From Burkholderiaceae bacterium (lineage in GTDB: Bacteria; Pseudomonadota; Gammaproteobacteria; Burkholderiales; Burkholderiaceae_E): DNA of 64,000 nt. Shown here piece by piece: positions 44,057-54,074 of the stretch. Position 1 is the stretch's first letter; the number at the start of each line of letters is the position of its first letter. The notes under the pieces were generated by a model. The model was not told the origin of the DNA. It worked only from the letters and a program-made list of their open reading frames with translations, and searched no databases. The stretch lies in NCBI GenBank assembly GCA_040401595.1, contig JBBAOE010000003.1, positions 139,459 to 203,458 of the forward strand, written 5' to 3'. The translations under genes and the position numbers were made by a program.

Positions 44057-45298
44057 TCAGGTCGGAGCCTTCATCTGGCAAGTCGTGGGGATGACCGTAT
44101 CAGCTGCTGGAATCGTACCAACAGTCTTCCAGCCCCAGCCGGTTCTCTCTTCGTCTTCCTTCGTACCCGAACCGAACGAAGCGATGTACATGTCCTGGAA
44201 CACAGAATGATCGGTGGGACGCATAAAGATCTCAGCGCCAAGCACATTCTTGAACTTCATGGAATGAAGCGCAGCGGCAACTGCTTTGGGCTCTGACGAT
44301 TTGGCCTGATTGATCGCTAAAGCAAACATCTCCATTTGGTTCTTCAGCCGCAGGTACCACCAGCGCTGGCCATTAGGACCGCCGTATTTCTTCAGGAACG
44401 CTTCCTCAAAGAGGTCCATTTCGGCCGATGGCACGTTGGAGTGCCATTCGGTGATCGCGAACACGCGATGATCAAGACCCGTTTGCTTAACGGCCGTCGG
44501 GCCGCCCGCGCCACCTGCGTAGTAGGTATACCAGTTGACCTGAAGGCCTGCATCGGCTGAGGCTTTAAGGAGGAGTGCGAAGTCGCTGCCCCAGTTGCCG
44601 GTGATCACCGAATCGGCGCCCGATGCCTTGATCTTGGCGATGTAGGGCGAGAAGTCGGTGACTTTGGCGAGTGGATGCAATTCATCGCCCACGATTTGAA
44701 TATCGGGACGTTTTGCACCAAGCATTTCGCGCGCTGCTTTTCTGACTGACTGACCAAATGCGTAGTCCTGGCCGATGATGTAAACCTTCTTGATGTCGGA
44801 CTTACCCTTCATGAAGTTGGTCAGCGCGGCCATCTTGATGTCGGAGTTGGCGTCCCAACGGTAATGCCAGTAGCTGCACTTTTCGTTGGTCAGCGAGGGG
44901 TCGACCGCCGCGTAATTAAAAAACAGAACCTCTTTGCCGGGATTGCGTTCGTTATATTTCGTGACAAAATCCGAGATGGCGATCGCTGCGCCCGAGCCGT
45001 TGCCTTGGGTGATGTAGCGGATGCCGGCATCGATGGCCTTCTGGACCTGGACCAGACTCTCCTGCGGCGTACCCTTGTTGTCGTAACCAACCGCTTCGAG
45101 CTTCTGACCGCCAAGCACGCCGCCCTTGGCGTTGATGGTTTCGATCAAGAACTGCAGTTGCTTGAGGCCGTGCTCTCCAACGGCCGCCTGCAGACCCGAC
45201 AAGGGGTCAACGTAGGCAATCTTGACCTGAGCTTGCGCGTTGAACGCAGCCGCGATCATCGCGGCGCCAATCGCGACGCTGCGCACGAATTGTTTCAT
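44057..45298 (-). CDS. ABC transporter periplasmic substrate-binding protein (LivK/amide-urea type I fold)
   Basis: The signal peptide ends AFNAQA|Q, and KIAYVDPLSGL is typical of Leu/Ile/Val-binding family proteins. Confidence 0.9.
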   Translation of the reverse strand: MKQFVRSVAIGAAMIAAAFNAQAQVKIAYVDPLSGLQAAVGEHGLKQLQFLIETINAKGGVLGGQKLEAVGYDNKGTPQESLVQVQKAIDAGIRYITQGNGSGAAIAISDFVTKYNERNPGKEVLFFNYAAVDPSLTNEKCSYWHYRWDANSDIKMAALTNFMKGKSDIKKVYIIGQDYAFGQSVRKAAREMLGAKRPDIQIVGDELHPLAKVTDFSPYIAKIKASGADSVITGNWGSDFALLLKASADAGLQVNWYTYYAGGAGGPTAVKQTGLDHRVFAITEWHSNVPSAEMDLFEEAFLKKYGGPNGQRWWYLRLKNQMEMFALAINQAKSSEPKAVAAALHSMKFKNVLGAEIFMRPTDHSVFQDMYIASFGSGTKEDEERTGWGWKTVGTIPAADTVIPTTCQMKAPT

Positions 45299-45517
45299 TG
45301 TTGTCTCCGAAGTTGATACGCACCTAGGGTGCTACATGTGGCGGTGAAAATCCGGCCACGCTTAGAGTTCATGCTAGACGTAAAAAATAGCAAGAGCAAC
45401 CCATGGGACAGAGAACGCGCCTCGGGGAATCCCCAGTGTCAGGAATTCAATCTTCGTCGGAGCGATCATCAACGCCCTCAAATGGCGGGGCGCGCCAGAT
45501 CGTCCGAGCAGGCGGCA

Positions 45518-46858
45518 TCAGCGACTGAACATGATTTCCATTTCTCGACGAATCCCGTAAGCCCGGGTCGTGGTGTCCATGGCGACATCATCCCAGCATA
45601 GGCTTTGCCCTTTTCGCACGGGACGCACGACCTTGATCTGATGCGCCAGACCCAGAGGCAGGCCGCCCATCGCCAGCGAGGTGCTTGCTGGCAACAACTT
45701 GCCCCAGACCGTATAGCCACCTTCGCCGTCCAGCAACTCCCCCGCCTGGAGATCGCGCTTGGCGGTAGCCACCACATCGGCATTCCAGCAGGTCGCAACC
45801 CCGGTGGGTTCGCGTCGTAACATGACCGAGGCGACCGATTGACCGACTTCCAGGCCAATCAGGTGCCAGCGCTTATAGAGGGTAAAATATCGTCCGCTCG
45901 GGTCTGTGTGCGCGTTGTATTCCTCGAAGCAATTGCGTACGTAGTCCGTCTCGCCCTCGACGGTGACCCAGACGCCCATCCGAATGTCGTATGGAATCTT
46001 TCGACCATCGGCCTCGAGCGAAGAAATGACCTCAACCATGCCCTTGCGCTCAAGCACACCGCCCTCTTCGCGAGGTCGGGTGACAAATGGAATGTCCTCA
46101 ACGCTGGCGGGCGGGTAGAGCAAACCATTGCTCGGTACCGTGAGACCGGTGGCATTGGCCACCGCCGTACTTTCGATCGAAGGTTTTGAGCCGTCCAGAA
46201 AGCTGTTGAACATCTTTGGATTCAAGCCACCGCGCTGAGCCTGTTCGGGCGTCAGGCCGTAATTGCCCCAGACGGTATCGGGGGTTGACTCGGAAAAATG
46301 GGGTAACCACTTGTGACCGCGTCCGGCTGCCACCACCAGAAACCCGCAGGTTCTGGCCCAATCGACGAGATCGCAGATCAAGGCCGGTTGGTCGCCGAAG
46401 GCGAGTGAGTACAGCACGCCAGACTCGCTGGCCCGACGGGCCAGCAGCGGACCGCAGAAGGCATCAGCTTCTACAGTCACATTGACCACATGCTTGCCAT
46501 GCTCAAAAGCCATCAGGCAGTGGTCGACCGCGTGAACCGGTGAGCCTGTGCATTCCACAATGACATCGATGGCGGGGTGCTGCACGAGCGAATGCCAGTC
46601 CTCGCCGATATGGGTTGTACCGTCGCGAAGCGCTTCATCGAGCGAGCGGGCCTGGCTGCGCTGCGGCTCCCAACCCACCCGGGCCAGGTTGGCGCGGGCC
46701 GCATCGGGCGCCAGATCGGCAATACCCACCAGATGAATGCCTGGCGTTCGCGGAATCTGGGCCAGATACATCGAGCCGAATTTGCCGGCTCCGATCAGCC
46801 CAACGCGGATGGGATTGCCCTGGGCAGCGCGCTGCAGAAGTTGGGTGTGCAGGCTCAT
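45518..46858 (-). CDS. NAD(P)-dependent oxidoreductase, homoserine-dehydrogenase-like with a C-terminal SAF domain
   Basis: Trimmed to ATG 46858, which reads MSLHTQLLQRAAQGNPIRVGLIGAGKFG (Rossmann). The C-terminal KRDLQAGELLDGEGGY..VVRPVRKGQ resembles a SAF domain. Confidence 0.7.
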   Translation of the reverse strand: MSLHTQLLQRAAQGNPIRVGLIGAGKFGSMYLAQIPRTPGIHLVGIADLAPDAARANLARVGWEPQRSQARSLDEALRDGTTHIGEDWHSLVQHPAIDVIVECTGSPVHAVDHCLMAFEHGKHVVNVTVEADAFCGPLLARRASESGVLYSLAFGDQPALICDLVDWARTCGFLVVAAGRGHKWLPHFSESTPDTVWGNYGLTPEQAQRGGLNPKMFNSFLDGSKPSIESTAVANATGLTVPSNGLLYPPASVEDIPFVTRPREEGGVLERKGMVEVISSLEADGRKIPYDIRMGVWVTVEGETDYVRNCFEEYNAHTDPSGRYFTLYKRWHLIGLEVGQSVASVMLRREPTGVATCWNADVVATAKRDLQAGELLDGEGGYTVWGKLLPASTSLAMGGLPLGLAHQIKVVRPVRKGQSLCWDDVAMDTTTRAYGIRREMEIMFSR

Positions 46859-46860
46859 GA

Positions 46861-47733
46861 TCAGGCGGTCACCGTGATTTCGTCGAGTGAGGTTTCCAGG
46901 GCGCTTTGCGGCATGCCGTCCTTCCAGGGGAGATCGACGGGATAGGGCCGGGTCAGGCAATCATCGGGCAGACATTCGATCGGGGTGAAGTCCCGGTGCG
47001 CGATGTACTCGGGGCGCTTATGGCGTCGGATATGGTTACTGACCGCGCACAGGCTGAGGTAGACGGCGACCCGGTTGAATGGGCTCAGGTTGCTGCCCGA
47101 TGCGTGGACCAGACAAGAGTGGAACAGGATCATCGATCCCGCCGGTCCTTTGGGGCTGACAATCCCACCGTTCTTGCCACCAGCGCGCTCGACCAACTGG
47201 CTGATCAGGGGGTGATCGACCACCCAGAGCGGGTAACTGGTCGTGCTCAAGTCATGGCTAGCTTCGACGACCCCCTTCTTATGGCTTCCGGGGATGAACA
47301 TCAGCGGACCATTGTGCTCGGTCACATCGTCCAGAAAAATGGCAACGTTCATCGCCCGCTCAGTGGGCATCAGATCGTCATTGAGCCAGGTCCCGTAGTC
47401 CTGATGCCATTGCCAGACATCGCCTTCGAAGGCCATTTTGCCGTTGATTTTGAACTGGTGCATGTAGAGAGATTCGCCCAGCAGATCTTCGACCGGCTGC
47501 ACCATCCGCGGGTGTCGGGCGAGTCTGGCGAAGGGTTCGCTATACAGATGGGCAGCGAAATTGGTGCGCACCGCATCCTTGCCCTTCTCGCGTACGTTGT
47601 ACGCCTCCCGACGGGCATAGAGTTCGGGGACTGCATCGATCAGGCCACGGGTCTCCTGCGCGCTGAACTGTCCGGGAAAGAACAGGTAACCGTCCCGATC
47701 AAATTGTTCGAGTTGCTGTTTTGTCAGGTGCAT
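46861..47733 (-). CDS. PhyH-family Fe(II)/2OG dioxygenase, ectoine-hydroxylase-like
   Basis: The N-terminus LTKQQLEQFDRDGYLFFPGQFS and the core VWQWHQDYGTWLNDDLMP parallel the EctD signature but differ from it at several positions. The distal His lies in LFHSCLVHASG. Confidence 0.8.
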   Translation of the reverse strand: MHLTKQQLEQFDRDGYLFFPGQFSAQETRGLIDAVPELYARREAYNVREKGKDAVRTNFAAHLYSEPFARLARHPRMVQPVEDLLGESLYMHQFKINGKMAFEGDVWQWHQDYGTWLNDDLMPTERAMNVAIFLDDVTEHNGPLMFIPGSHKKGVVEASHDLSTTSYPLWVVDHPLISQLVERAGGKNGGIVSPKGPAGSMILFHSCLVHASGSNLSPFNRVAVYLSLCAVSNHIRRHKRPEYIAHRDFTPIECLPDDCLTRPYPVDLPWKDGMPQSALETSLDEITVTA

Positions 47734-47774
47734 GTGATGCCTCCGAAAATGTCTGATTGTGAACGGGTGTTTCC

Positions 47775-48416
47775 CTAGAGGCCCAGGGGACTAACGCCGA
47801 ACAGTTTGAGATGCAGGTAGGCAACGAATCCCACCCAGAGCGCTGTGCCGAGAACGATCGCCATGACCGTGCCTCTGACGGTCGCCGGTTTCAGAGCGAC
47901 ATTCGATGCTGGAACCGAGCTTGGACCGGCGGCCGTGTCGATCGTCATCGAAGTCTGAATAGCCCCCATGCGGTCGCGCTGGCGCGCCGCCCGGAAGTCA
48001 AAAACGGCCCACAGCAGGAAGCTGCCAAACAACAGGACATCTGCGGCCATACCGTTGGCGAGCAGGTGTGCAACCGACCAGACTTTGACGCTGATCACCA
48101 TCGGGTGACGCAAGCGCGCTTTGATGTGATTGCCCGGAATGTAGCTCGCAACGAGAAAGATCATCGCGAAAAGCATCAGCAACGCTGCGACATGTCGGGT
48201 TGCAACCGGCGGCACCCAGAGGATCTGGGGGGTCAAGCGCGCGACGCCGTATCCATGGATGATCAGAATGAAACCAATCAGAGAGGCGACGGACACGAGG
48301 CCTTTGAATTTTTTTTCGCCCAGCCTTGAGATCAGTCCGACACGCCAGTCCTCGGCGACGATCCGCAGGGAGTGGGTGCCCAGAAACAGGAGCAGCCCGA
48401 TCAGAAGTTCAATCAT
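47775..48416 (-). CDS. NnrU-family membrane protein
   Basis: MIELLIGLLLFLGTHSLRIV is a typical NnrU N-terminus. It has 4-5 TM helices. Confidence 0.7.
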   Translation of the reverse strand: MIELLIGLLLFLGTHSLRIVAEDWRVGLISRLGEKKFKGLVSVASLIGFILIIHGYGVARLTPQILWVPPVATRHVAALLMLFAMIFLVASYIPGNHIKARLRHPMVISVKVWSVAHLLANGMAADVLLFGSFLLWAVFDFRAARQRDRMGAIQTSMTIDTAAGPSSVPASNVALKPATVRGTVMAIVLGTALWVGFVAYLHLKLFGVSPLGL

Positions 48417-48455
48417 CGCGGTCGACCGTAAAAAATTGTGGATTTGTGTGTGGGC

Positions 48456-49049
48456 TCATGCCAGCGCTTCACGCACGAAATCGAGCCGGTCCTGTCCGAA
48501 GTACAAGCGATCGCCCACGAAAAAGCTGGGCGCACCGAAGACGCCTCGCGCCACAGCCGCCTCGGTGTTTGCCATGAGCGCGTTTTTTACCTCCGGATCG
48601 CTCACGAGTGCAACAAAACGGTCTGGATCCGGAAAGAGTGGCTCTAGGACCTGCGCGACGACAGCAGGATCGCCCATGTTGGCGCGGTCAATCCACATGG
48701 CCTTGAACACGGTGGCCAGATAGGCGTCGAACAGGTCTGGGAGCCGCAGTTGGATCCCGGCGGCTGCGCGCATCAAGGTCAGCGTATTGATCGGAAAATT
48801 CGGATTGTGGGCGAAGGCCACGTTGTAGCGTTTGGCCCAGAGATCCAGGTCCTGAAACATCCACTTCGCTTTCGCCGGAATGAACGCGGGGCTGCTGTTG
48901 TTGCTGCCCTTGAACACCCCGCCCAGCAGGATTGGCCGATAGACGATCTGGGCGCCCGCTTGGTTGGCGATCGCAGGCAGTTGCGTGTAGGCGAGGTAGG
49001 TCGTCGGACTGGCGAAATCGAACAGAAATTCAACCGTTTTTTCGTTCAT
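48456..49049 (-). CDS. 2-hydroxychromene-2-carboxylate isomerase family protein (DsbA-like fold)
   Basis: FLFDFASPTTYLAY and the C-terminal FGAPSFFVGDRLYFGQDRL are typical of HCCA isomerase/DsbA-like proteins. Confidence 0.8.
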   Translation of the reverse strand: MNEKTVEFLFDFASPTTYLAYTQLPAIANQAGAQIVYRPILLGGVFKGSNNSSPAFIPAKAKWMFQDLDLWAKRYNVAFAHNPNFPINTLTLMRAAAGIQLRLPDLFDAYLATVFKAMWIDRANMGDPAVVAQVLEPLFPDPDRFVALVSDPEVKNALMANTEAAVARGVFGAPSFFVGDRLYFGQDRLDFVREALA

Positions 49050-49105
49050 GATGAATCCGGATCTTGATGGCGATGATGAAGTTCAGTTTGGACGGTCTGA
49101 TGTGC

Positions 49106-49846
49106 TCACCAGGACTCGCTCCATGGCCGAAGGTCGAGTTCCTGGGTCCAGGCCGTGCGGGGCTGGCAATGCAGTTGCCAGTAGGTCTCGGCGATATGAT
49201 CGGGATTGAGGATGCCGTCCGATTCTTTGAGGGCATAGCGCTGCGGGAAGTTCTCGGCGATGAACCGGGTATCGATCGCACCATCGATCACGACATGAGC
49301 GACATGAATTCCCTGAGGGCCCAGTTCGCGCGCCATGCTTTGGGCGAGGGCCCGCAAGGCGTGTTTGGCGCCCGCAAAGGCGCTGAAACCCGCAGCACCT
49401 CGGAGGCTCGCCGTCGCCCCGGTGAACAGGATGGTGCCCCGCGCCCGGGGCACCATCACCCGCGCGGCTTCCCTGCCCATCAGAAATCCAGCCAACGCAC
49501 CCATCTCCCAGACTTTCCGGTAGACCCGCTCGGTCGTCTCAGCCACGGGGAATCGCACGTTCGCCCCGATATTGAAGACCGCCACTTCAATCGGGGCGAC
49601 GTCACGTTCAATCTGAGCAAACAGTTCAGTGACAGCGGTTTCGTCGCGGGCGTCCGATCCAAATCCAAACGCCTGCCCGCCTTCCGAGCGGATGCGCTGG
49701 ACCAGTGGCTCGAGGGAATCGGCCTTGCGCCTCGTCACACAAGCGACGTAACCCTCGCGGGCAAAGCGACGGGCGATCGCCCCGCCCGTTGCATCGCCGG
49801 CACCGATGATTAACGCCGCTTTTGGAGGGTTGGGGGTGTTGCTCAT
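49106..49846 (-). CDS. SDR-family oxidoreductase
   Basis: Trimmed to ATG 49846 (MSNTPNPPKAALIIGAGDATGGAIA). It has an SDR Rossmann fold. Confidence 0.75.
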   Translation of the reverse strand: MSNTPNPPKAALIIGAGDATGGAIARRFAREGYVACVTRRKADSLEPLVQRIRSEGGQAFGFGSDARDETAVTELFAQIERDVAPIEVAVFNIGANVRFPVAETTERVYRKVWEMGALAGFLMGREAARVMVPRARGTILFTGATASLRGAAGFSAFAGAKHALRALAQSMARELGPQGIHVAHVVIDGAIDTRFIAENFPQRYALKESDGILNPDHIAETYWQLHCQPRTAWTQELDLRPWSESW

Positions 49847-49877
49847 CGAACCCAGAAAGAGCCCGGCAGGCGCCGGG

Positions 49878-50804
49878 TCAAGCGTCCGCGCGCAGTGCCG
49901 CGCGTAACTGCGCACCGATATCGGGTCGATCGGCAAAGGCATCGGTGGGTGCACGGGGGGCCAGAATGTCATCCATTCGGGTCCTCACGGATTGCAGCGC
50001 CTGAGGATGGCTGTAAATGTAAAAACGGCCGTCCTGCAGCGCAGCAAACACCTCTTCGATGACTTCGGCCGCGCTGACCTTGCCTCTCGCGACCGCCTTC
50101 TGGCCCATGGCGCGGCTGATCAGCTGACTTTGTGTCAACTCTGGATTGGCCAGATGACTGGGTCGGTTGCGATCGCTCTGGCTGATCCCGGTGGGGACAA
50201 AGAACGGGCAAAGCACGGCGCAATGAACCTGGTCGGTGACGAGTGCGAGATCCTGATGGAGCGTCTCTGTGAGCGTTACAACTGCGTGCTTGCTGACGTT
50301 GTAGATGCCGGAATTGGGCATGCTGACCAGTCCCGCCATCGAAGCCGTGTTCACCACGTGGCCACGCCAAGCGGAATCGTTGCCAGCGGCTTCAAGCATC
50401 AGTGGCGTGAAGCTGCGGATTCCATGCACCACGCCCATCAGGTTGACTCCCAGGACCCACTGCCAGTCCGCGACGGAGTTTTCCCAGATCAGACCGCCCG
50501 AAGCGACACCAGCATTGTTGAAGACGAGATTGGGTACGCCGTATGCGCGCAGCGTCGCTTGCGCGAGGGCATCGACCGAATCCGCGCTGGCGACGTCGGT
50601 GACCACGGGCGTGACATTACCGCCTTGCGCTTTGAGTTCTGCAGCCGCTGCGTGTAATGCCTCTTCCTGGACGTCAGCCATCACGACGCGCATCTGGTGC
50701 TTCAGGGCGAGTTTGGCTGCCTCCAGGCCAAAACCGGAGGCCGCGCCAGTCAGAACGGCAATCCCACCGGTATGCAGGTGGGCGGAGGAGCTTGCTGAGT
50801 TCAA
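49878..50804 (-). CDS. SDR-family oxidoreductase
   Basis: IAVLTGAASGFGLE and YNVSKHAV (YxxxK). Confidence 0.8.
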   Translation of the reverse strand: MNSASSSAHLHTGGIAVLTGAASGFGLEAAKLALKHQMRVVMADVQEEALHAAAAELKAQGGNVTPVVTDVASADSVDALAQATLRAYGVPNLVFNNAGVASGGLIWENSVADWQWVLGVNLMGVVHGIRSFTPLMLEAAGNDSAWRGHVVNTASMAGLVSMPNSGIYNVSKHAVVTLTETLHQDLALVTDQVHCAVLCPFFVPTGISQSDRNRPSHLANPELTQSQLISRAMGQKAVARGKVSAAEVIEEVFAALQDGRFYIYSHPQALQSVRTRMDDILAPRAPTDAFADRPDIGAQLRAALRADA

Positions 50805-50815
50805 GGGTTCGACCT

Positions 50816-51880
50816 TCAGATGAGTTTGACGAGTTGTTTGCCGAAATTGCGGCCACTCAGCAGACCGATGAAGGCTGCTGGCGCATGGGCGAGTCCATCG
50901 GCCACGGTCTCGCGATATTTGATCCGTCCGCTCGCGACACCTTCGCCGAGTTCGCGCAGGGCTTGCGGCCAGACTTCCATGTGTTCACTGACAATGAAGC
51001 CCTCGATGCGCAAGCGCTCGGTCAGGATCAGTCGGGGGTTGGTCATCGGGATCGGTTCGCCGTTGTAACCCGAGATCATCCCGCAGACCGCGACGCGTCC
51101 AAACGCGTTCATGCGCGCGAGCACGGTATCCATCACGCGCCCACCGACGTTTTCAAAGAGGCAATCGACCCCGTTCGGGGTCGCCGCCTTGAGCGCCCGG
51201 TAGAGCGAAGCGTCATCCGGATGGGCTTTGTAATCGATACAGGCGTCAAAACCGAGTTCATCCACGACGTAAGCGCATTTGTCCGGACCACCTGCGATTC
51301 CGACTGCGTGAGCGCCATGGAGTTTGGCCAGTTGACCCACCGTGCTGCCGACTGCGCCACTCGCGGCGCTGACAACGACGGTTTGGCCTGCTTTGGGTTC
51401 GCAGAGTTTCAGCAGTCCGTACCAGGCAGTGACGCCTGGCATACCCACGGTACCGAGATACGCAGACAGAGGGACATGCTGAGTGTCGACCTTGCGAATC
51501 GCCCCCGGTTGGTCTGCGTCGACGATGCTGTACTGCTGCCATCCGCCCATCCCGACAACCGTGTCGCCCACTGCGAACTTTGCATTTCGGCTCGAGGCGA
51601 CTTCGCCCACCGTGCCACCAATCATGACGGCGTTGAGCGGTTGTGGGACCGCGTAGTTTTTGGCGTCATTCATTCGGCCCCGCATGTAGGGGTCGAGGCT
51701 CAGGTAGTGATGACGGATCAGGACCTGACCTTCGGCGAGGTCGGGAACGGGCGCTTCGCGAAGCGCGAAATTATCGGGCGTGACTACGCCTGTCGGACGG
51801 CTGACAAGGATGATTTGGGTATTGGTGAGGCTCAAAGCGATTGTCTCCGTGGCTTTTGTTGGGGGGATGCGATGGTCCAT
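50816..51880 (-). CDS. NADP-dependent alkenal/one oxidoreductase-like MDR protein (YncB/CurA type)
   Basis: VSRPTGVVTPDNF and VVVSAASGAVGSTVGQLAKLHG. The exact start is uncertain. Confidence 0.8.
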   Translation of the reverse strand: MDHRIPPTKATETIALSLTNTQIILVSRPTGVVTPDNFALREAPVPDLAEGQVLIRHHYLSLDPYMRGRMNDAKNYAVPQPLNAVMIGGTVGEVASSRNAKFAVGDTVVGMGGWQQYSIVDADQPGAIRKVDTQHVPLSAYLGTVGMPGVTAWYGLLKLCEPKAGQTVVVSAASGAVGSTVGQLAKLHGAHAVGIAGGPDKCAYVVDELGFDACIDYKAHPDDASLYRALKAATPNGVDCLFENVGGRVMDTVLARMNAFGRVAVCGMISGYNGEPIPMTNPRLILTERLRIEGFIVSEHMEVWPQALRELGEGVASGRIKYRETVADGLAHAPAAFIGLLSGRNFGKQLVKLI

Positions 51881-51905
51881 CGGACCGTCGGTAAACGTTC
51901 GGCGT

Positions 51906-53072
51906 TCAATCCGTCTCGGTCTGAAGGCGGATCAAAAATCGTTCGCAATGTGCCAATTGTTCCAGACTCACGAACTCATCGGCCTGATGGGCCTGTGAAA
52001 TGTCCCCGGGTCCACACACGACGGTGTCAATCCCGGCGCGTTGAAAGAGCCCAGCTTCGGTACCAAAGGCAACCACGGTGGTGGCTGTTGTGCCCGCAAG
52101 GCGTTGCGCCAGCCGGACCGCCTCGGAATCGGGAGTCGTGAGAAAAGAGGGGCAGGAGGCGAAGTTTTCGAAGCGAAAGCCGGCGCTGGGCTCGACCGCT
52201 TGCATCGTGGGTTCAAGCGCTGCCGCCCGCTCCAGTACCTGCTGCTGCATCGCAACATCGTCCGTTCCCGGCAAGTTGCGAAACTCATAGTGAATCCGGC
52301 AGTCCTCGGGGACGACGTTATCCGCAATCCCGCCCTCAATGATCGCAACGGCCGCCGTGCTGTGCGGTACATCGTAATCCCGATCAAATGGCCCTTCGGC
52401 ACGCCAGCGATCCGCCATATCGGCGATATGTGCAACCAGACGGGCGCCGGCTTCGATCGCATTGACTGCGAACGGCGTTTGAGCCGAATGCGCAGCCTTG
52501 CCGCGTACACAGCAGCGCCAGCGCTGGATGCCCTTGTGGGCAATCGCCGGGATCATCCGGGTGGGTTCTCCCACCACACACAATCGGGGCGTGAGGCCTT
52601 CGTCGCGCAAGTCTGCGATCAGTCCCTGGACGCCAACACAGCCGATTTCTTCATCGTAGGAAAAGGCATAGTGGACCGCGAACGGCAGGTCGGCCTCCAG
52701 AAATTGGGCGGCCTGTGCAACAGCCAGACCAATAAAGCCCTTCATGTCGGCGCTACCGCGGCCGTACAGGCGACCGTCCCGAATCACTGGATCCAGGGGG
52801 TCGGTGCTCCAGGCCTGGCCATCCCAAGGCACCGTATCGGTATGACCCGACAGAATGATGCCATTGGGTTTGCCCTCGCCCAGGGTCGCAAACAGGTTGG
52901 CTTTTTTGCGATCAGCGTCCCAGGTCAACCGCAGCGGAACATTCAGGGTGCGCAGATGGTCAGCAATACAGTCGATCAGCGCGACATTCGAGTGATGGCT
53001 TACGGTGTTGATGCGCACAAGGCGGCGCGCCCACTCGAGACCGGCAGAACTGGGGGAAATGGATGGCAGCAT
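51906..53072 (-). CDS. M20-family deacylase (acetylornithine deacetylase ArgE-like)
   Basis: Trimmed to ATG 53072. Motifs: LSGHTDTVP, GRGSADMKG and YDEEIGC. Confidence 0.8.
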   Translation of the reverse strand: MLPSISPSSAGLEWARRLVRINTVSHHSNVALIDCIADHLRTLNVPLRLTWDADRKKANLFATLGEGKPNGIILSGHTDTVPWDGQAWSTDPLDPVIRDGRLYGRGSADMKGFIGLAVAQAAQFLEADLPFAVHYAFSYDEEIGCVGVQGLIADLRDEGLTPRLCVVGEPTRMIPAIAHKGIQRWRCCVRGKAAHSAQTPFAVNAIEAGARLVAHIADMADRWRAEGPFDRDYDVPHSTAAVAIIEGGIADNVVPEDCRIHYEFRNLPGTDDVAMQQQVLERAAALEPTMQAVEPSAGFRFENFASCPSFLTTPDSEAVRLAQRLAGTTATTVVAFGTEAGLFQRAGIDTVVCGPGDISQAHQADEFVSLEQLAHCERFLIRLQTETD

Positions 53073-53143
53073 GACTGTCACTTTAGCGTCAAAGGATGGC
53101 GGCTCGAGCCCAAGTTGGCTCAATGCTAACCCTAAGCGCTGCC

Positions 53144-54073
53144 TCAGCGGCCAATCGCGACCCGGGCGGCGGCTAGATCCCACGCGGCGCAGCCCACGGT
53201 TTTGAACACGCGTGGTCGAGTCGCCGGTTCCGCTCGAGGAAGGATCTCGGCCAGCGCTTTCACGGTTTCCCAGCTGACTCCCGCCTGAATCAGGTCGCCG
53301 GCTTCATGCGCAGCACCGGCAGGGTCATCGACAAAGAGTTCGCTGGCGTGAATGATCTCAGGCGTGAGTTCAGCCGCTTCGGGCCGAAACGCACCGACCG
53401 CAATGAGCAGGCACTCCGGGCGAGCCGCCTCTGCATAGACCGGAGTTTGGCTGGTCGTGCAGGTGATGACCACATCCCACGGCTGCTCAACGTCGGCCGG
53501 GATCCAGGAGATCGGCAAGTGTGCCTGGCGGGTCCGAAAGTGTTCCTCGCTGATGGCAGTACGGCCGCGAATGCCGACCTGCAGTTGCGGGTAGAGGGCG
53601 GCCAGCGCTTCGACATGGCAGCGCGCCTGGGTGCCCGTCCCGATCACCAGAACCCTTCGCGGCTGGGGTGGCCCCAGGGCCCGCAGACCCAACATCGACA
53701 TGGCAGCGGTACGACGGCCGGTAACCGTTGCGCCATCGAGGATCATGCGTGCGCAACCACTCTGGCCGTCGAGGATCGTGAGCTGCCCGAGGATTGTCGG
53801 GAGGCCGAGCGCTTTGTTTTGCGGCACCACGGTGATGAGTTTATGCGCGGCCAGATCCTCAGCTACTGCCGGCATGCAGAGCAACATGGCACCTTGGGTC
53901 ATGGGTACGGCCAGCCGTTCCGGACAGCGGATGGTTCCGGCTGCCAGTTCCAGGACCGCAACCTGCAGCGCGTCCACCAGTTCAGGAAACGGTAGCCGAG
54001 CTTGCGTCTCGACCGCGTTCAGCCAGGGGATTGCCCCAGATCCGGATGTTGTCGGGAGTTTCATCAGCGCCAC
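53144..54073 (-). CDS. Ornithine cyclodeaminase / mu-crystallin family protein
   Basis: GATVTGRRTAAMS and VLVIGTGTQA Rossmann motifs are typical of the OCD family. Confidence 0.8.
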   Translation of the reverse strand: MALMKLPTTSGSGAIPWLNAVETQARLPFPELVDALQVAVLELAAGTIRCPERLAVPMTQGAMLLCMPAVAEDLAAHKLITVVPQNKALGLPTILGQLTILDGQSGCARMILDGATVTGRRTAAMSMLGLRALGPPQPRRVLVIGTGTQARCHVEALAALYPQLQVGIRGRTAISEEHFRTRQAHLPISWIPADVEQPWDVVITCTTSQTPVYAEAARPECLLIAVGAFRPEAAELTPEIIHASELFVDDPAGAAHEAGDLIQAGVSWETVKALAEILPRAEPATRPRVFKTVGCAAWDLAAARVAIGR

Positions 54074-54074
54074 C

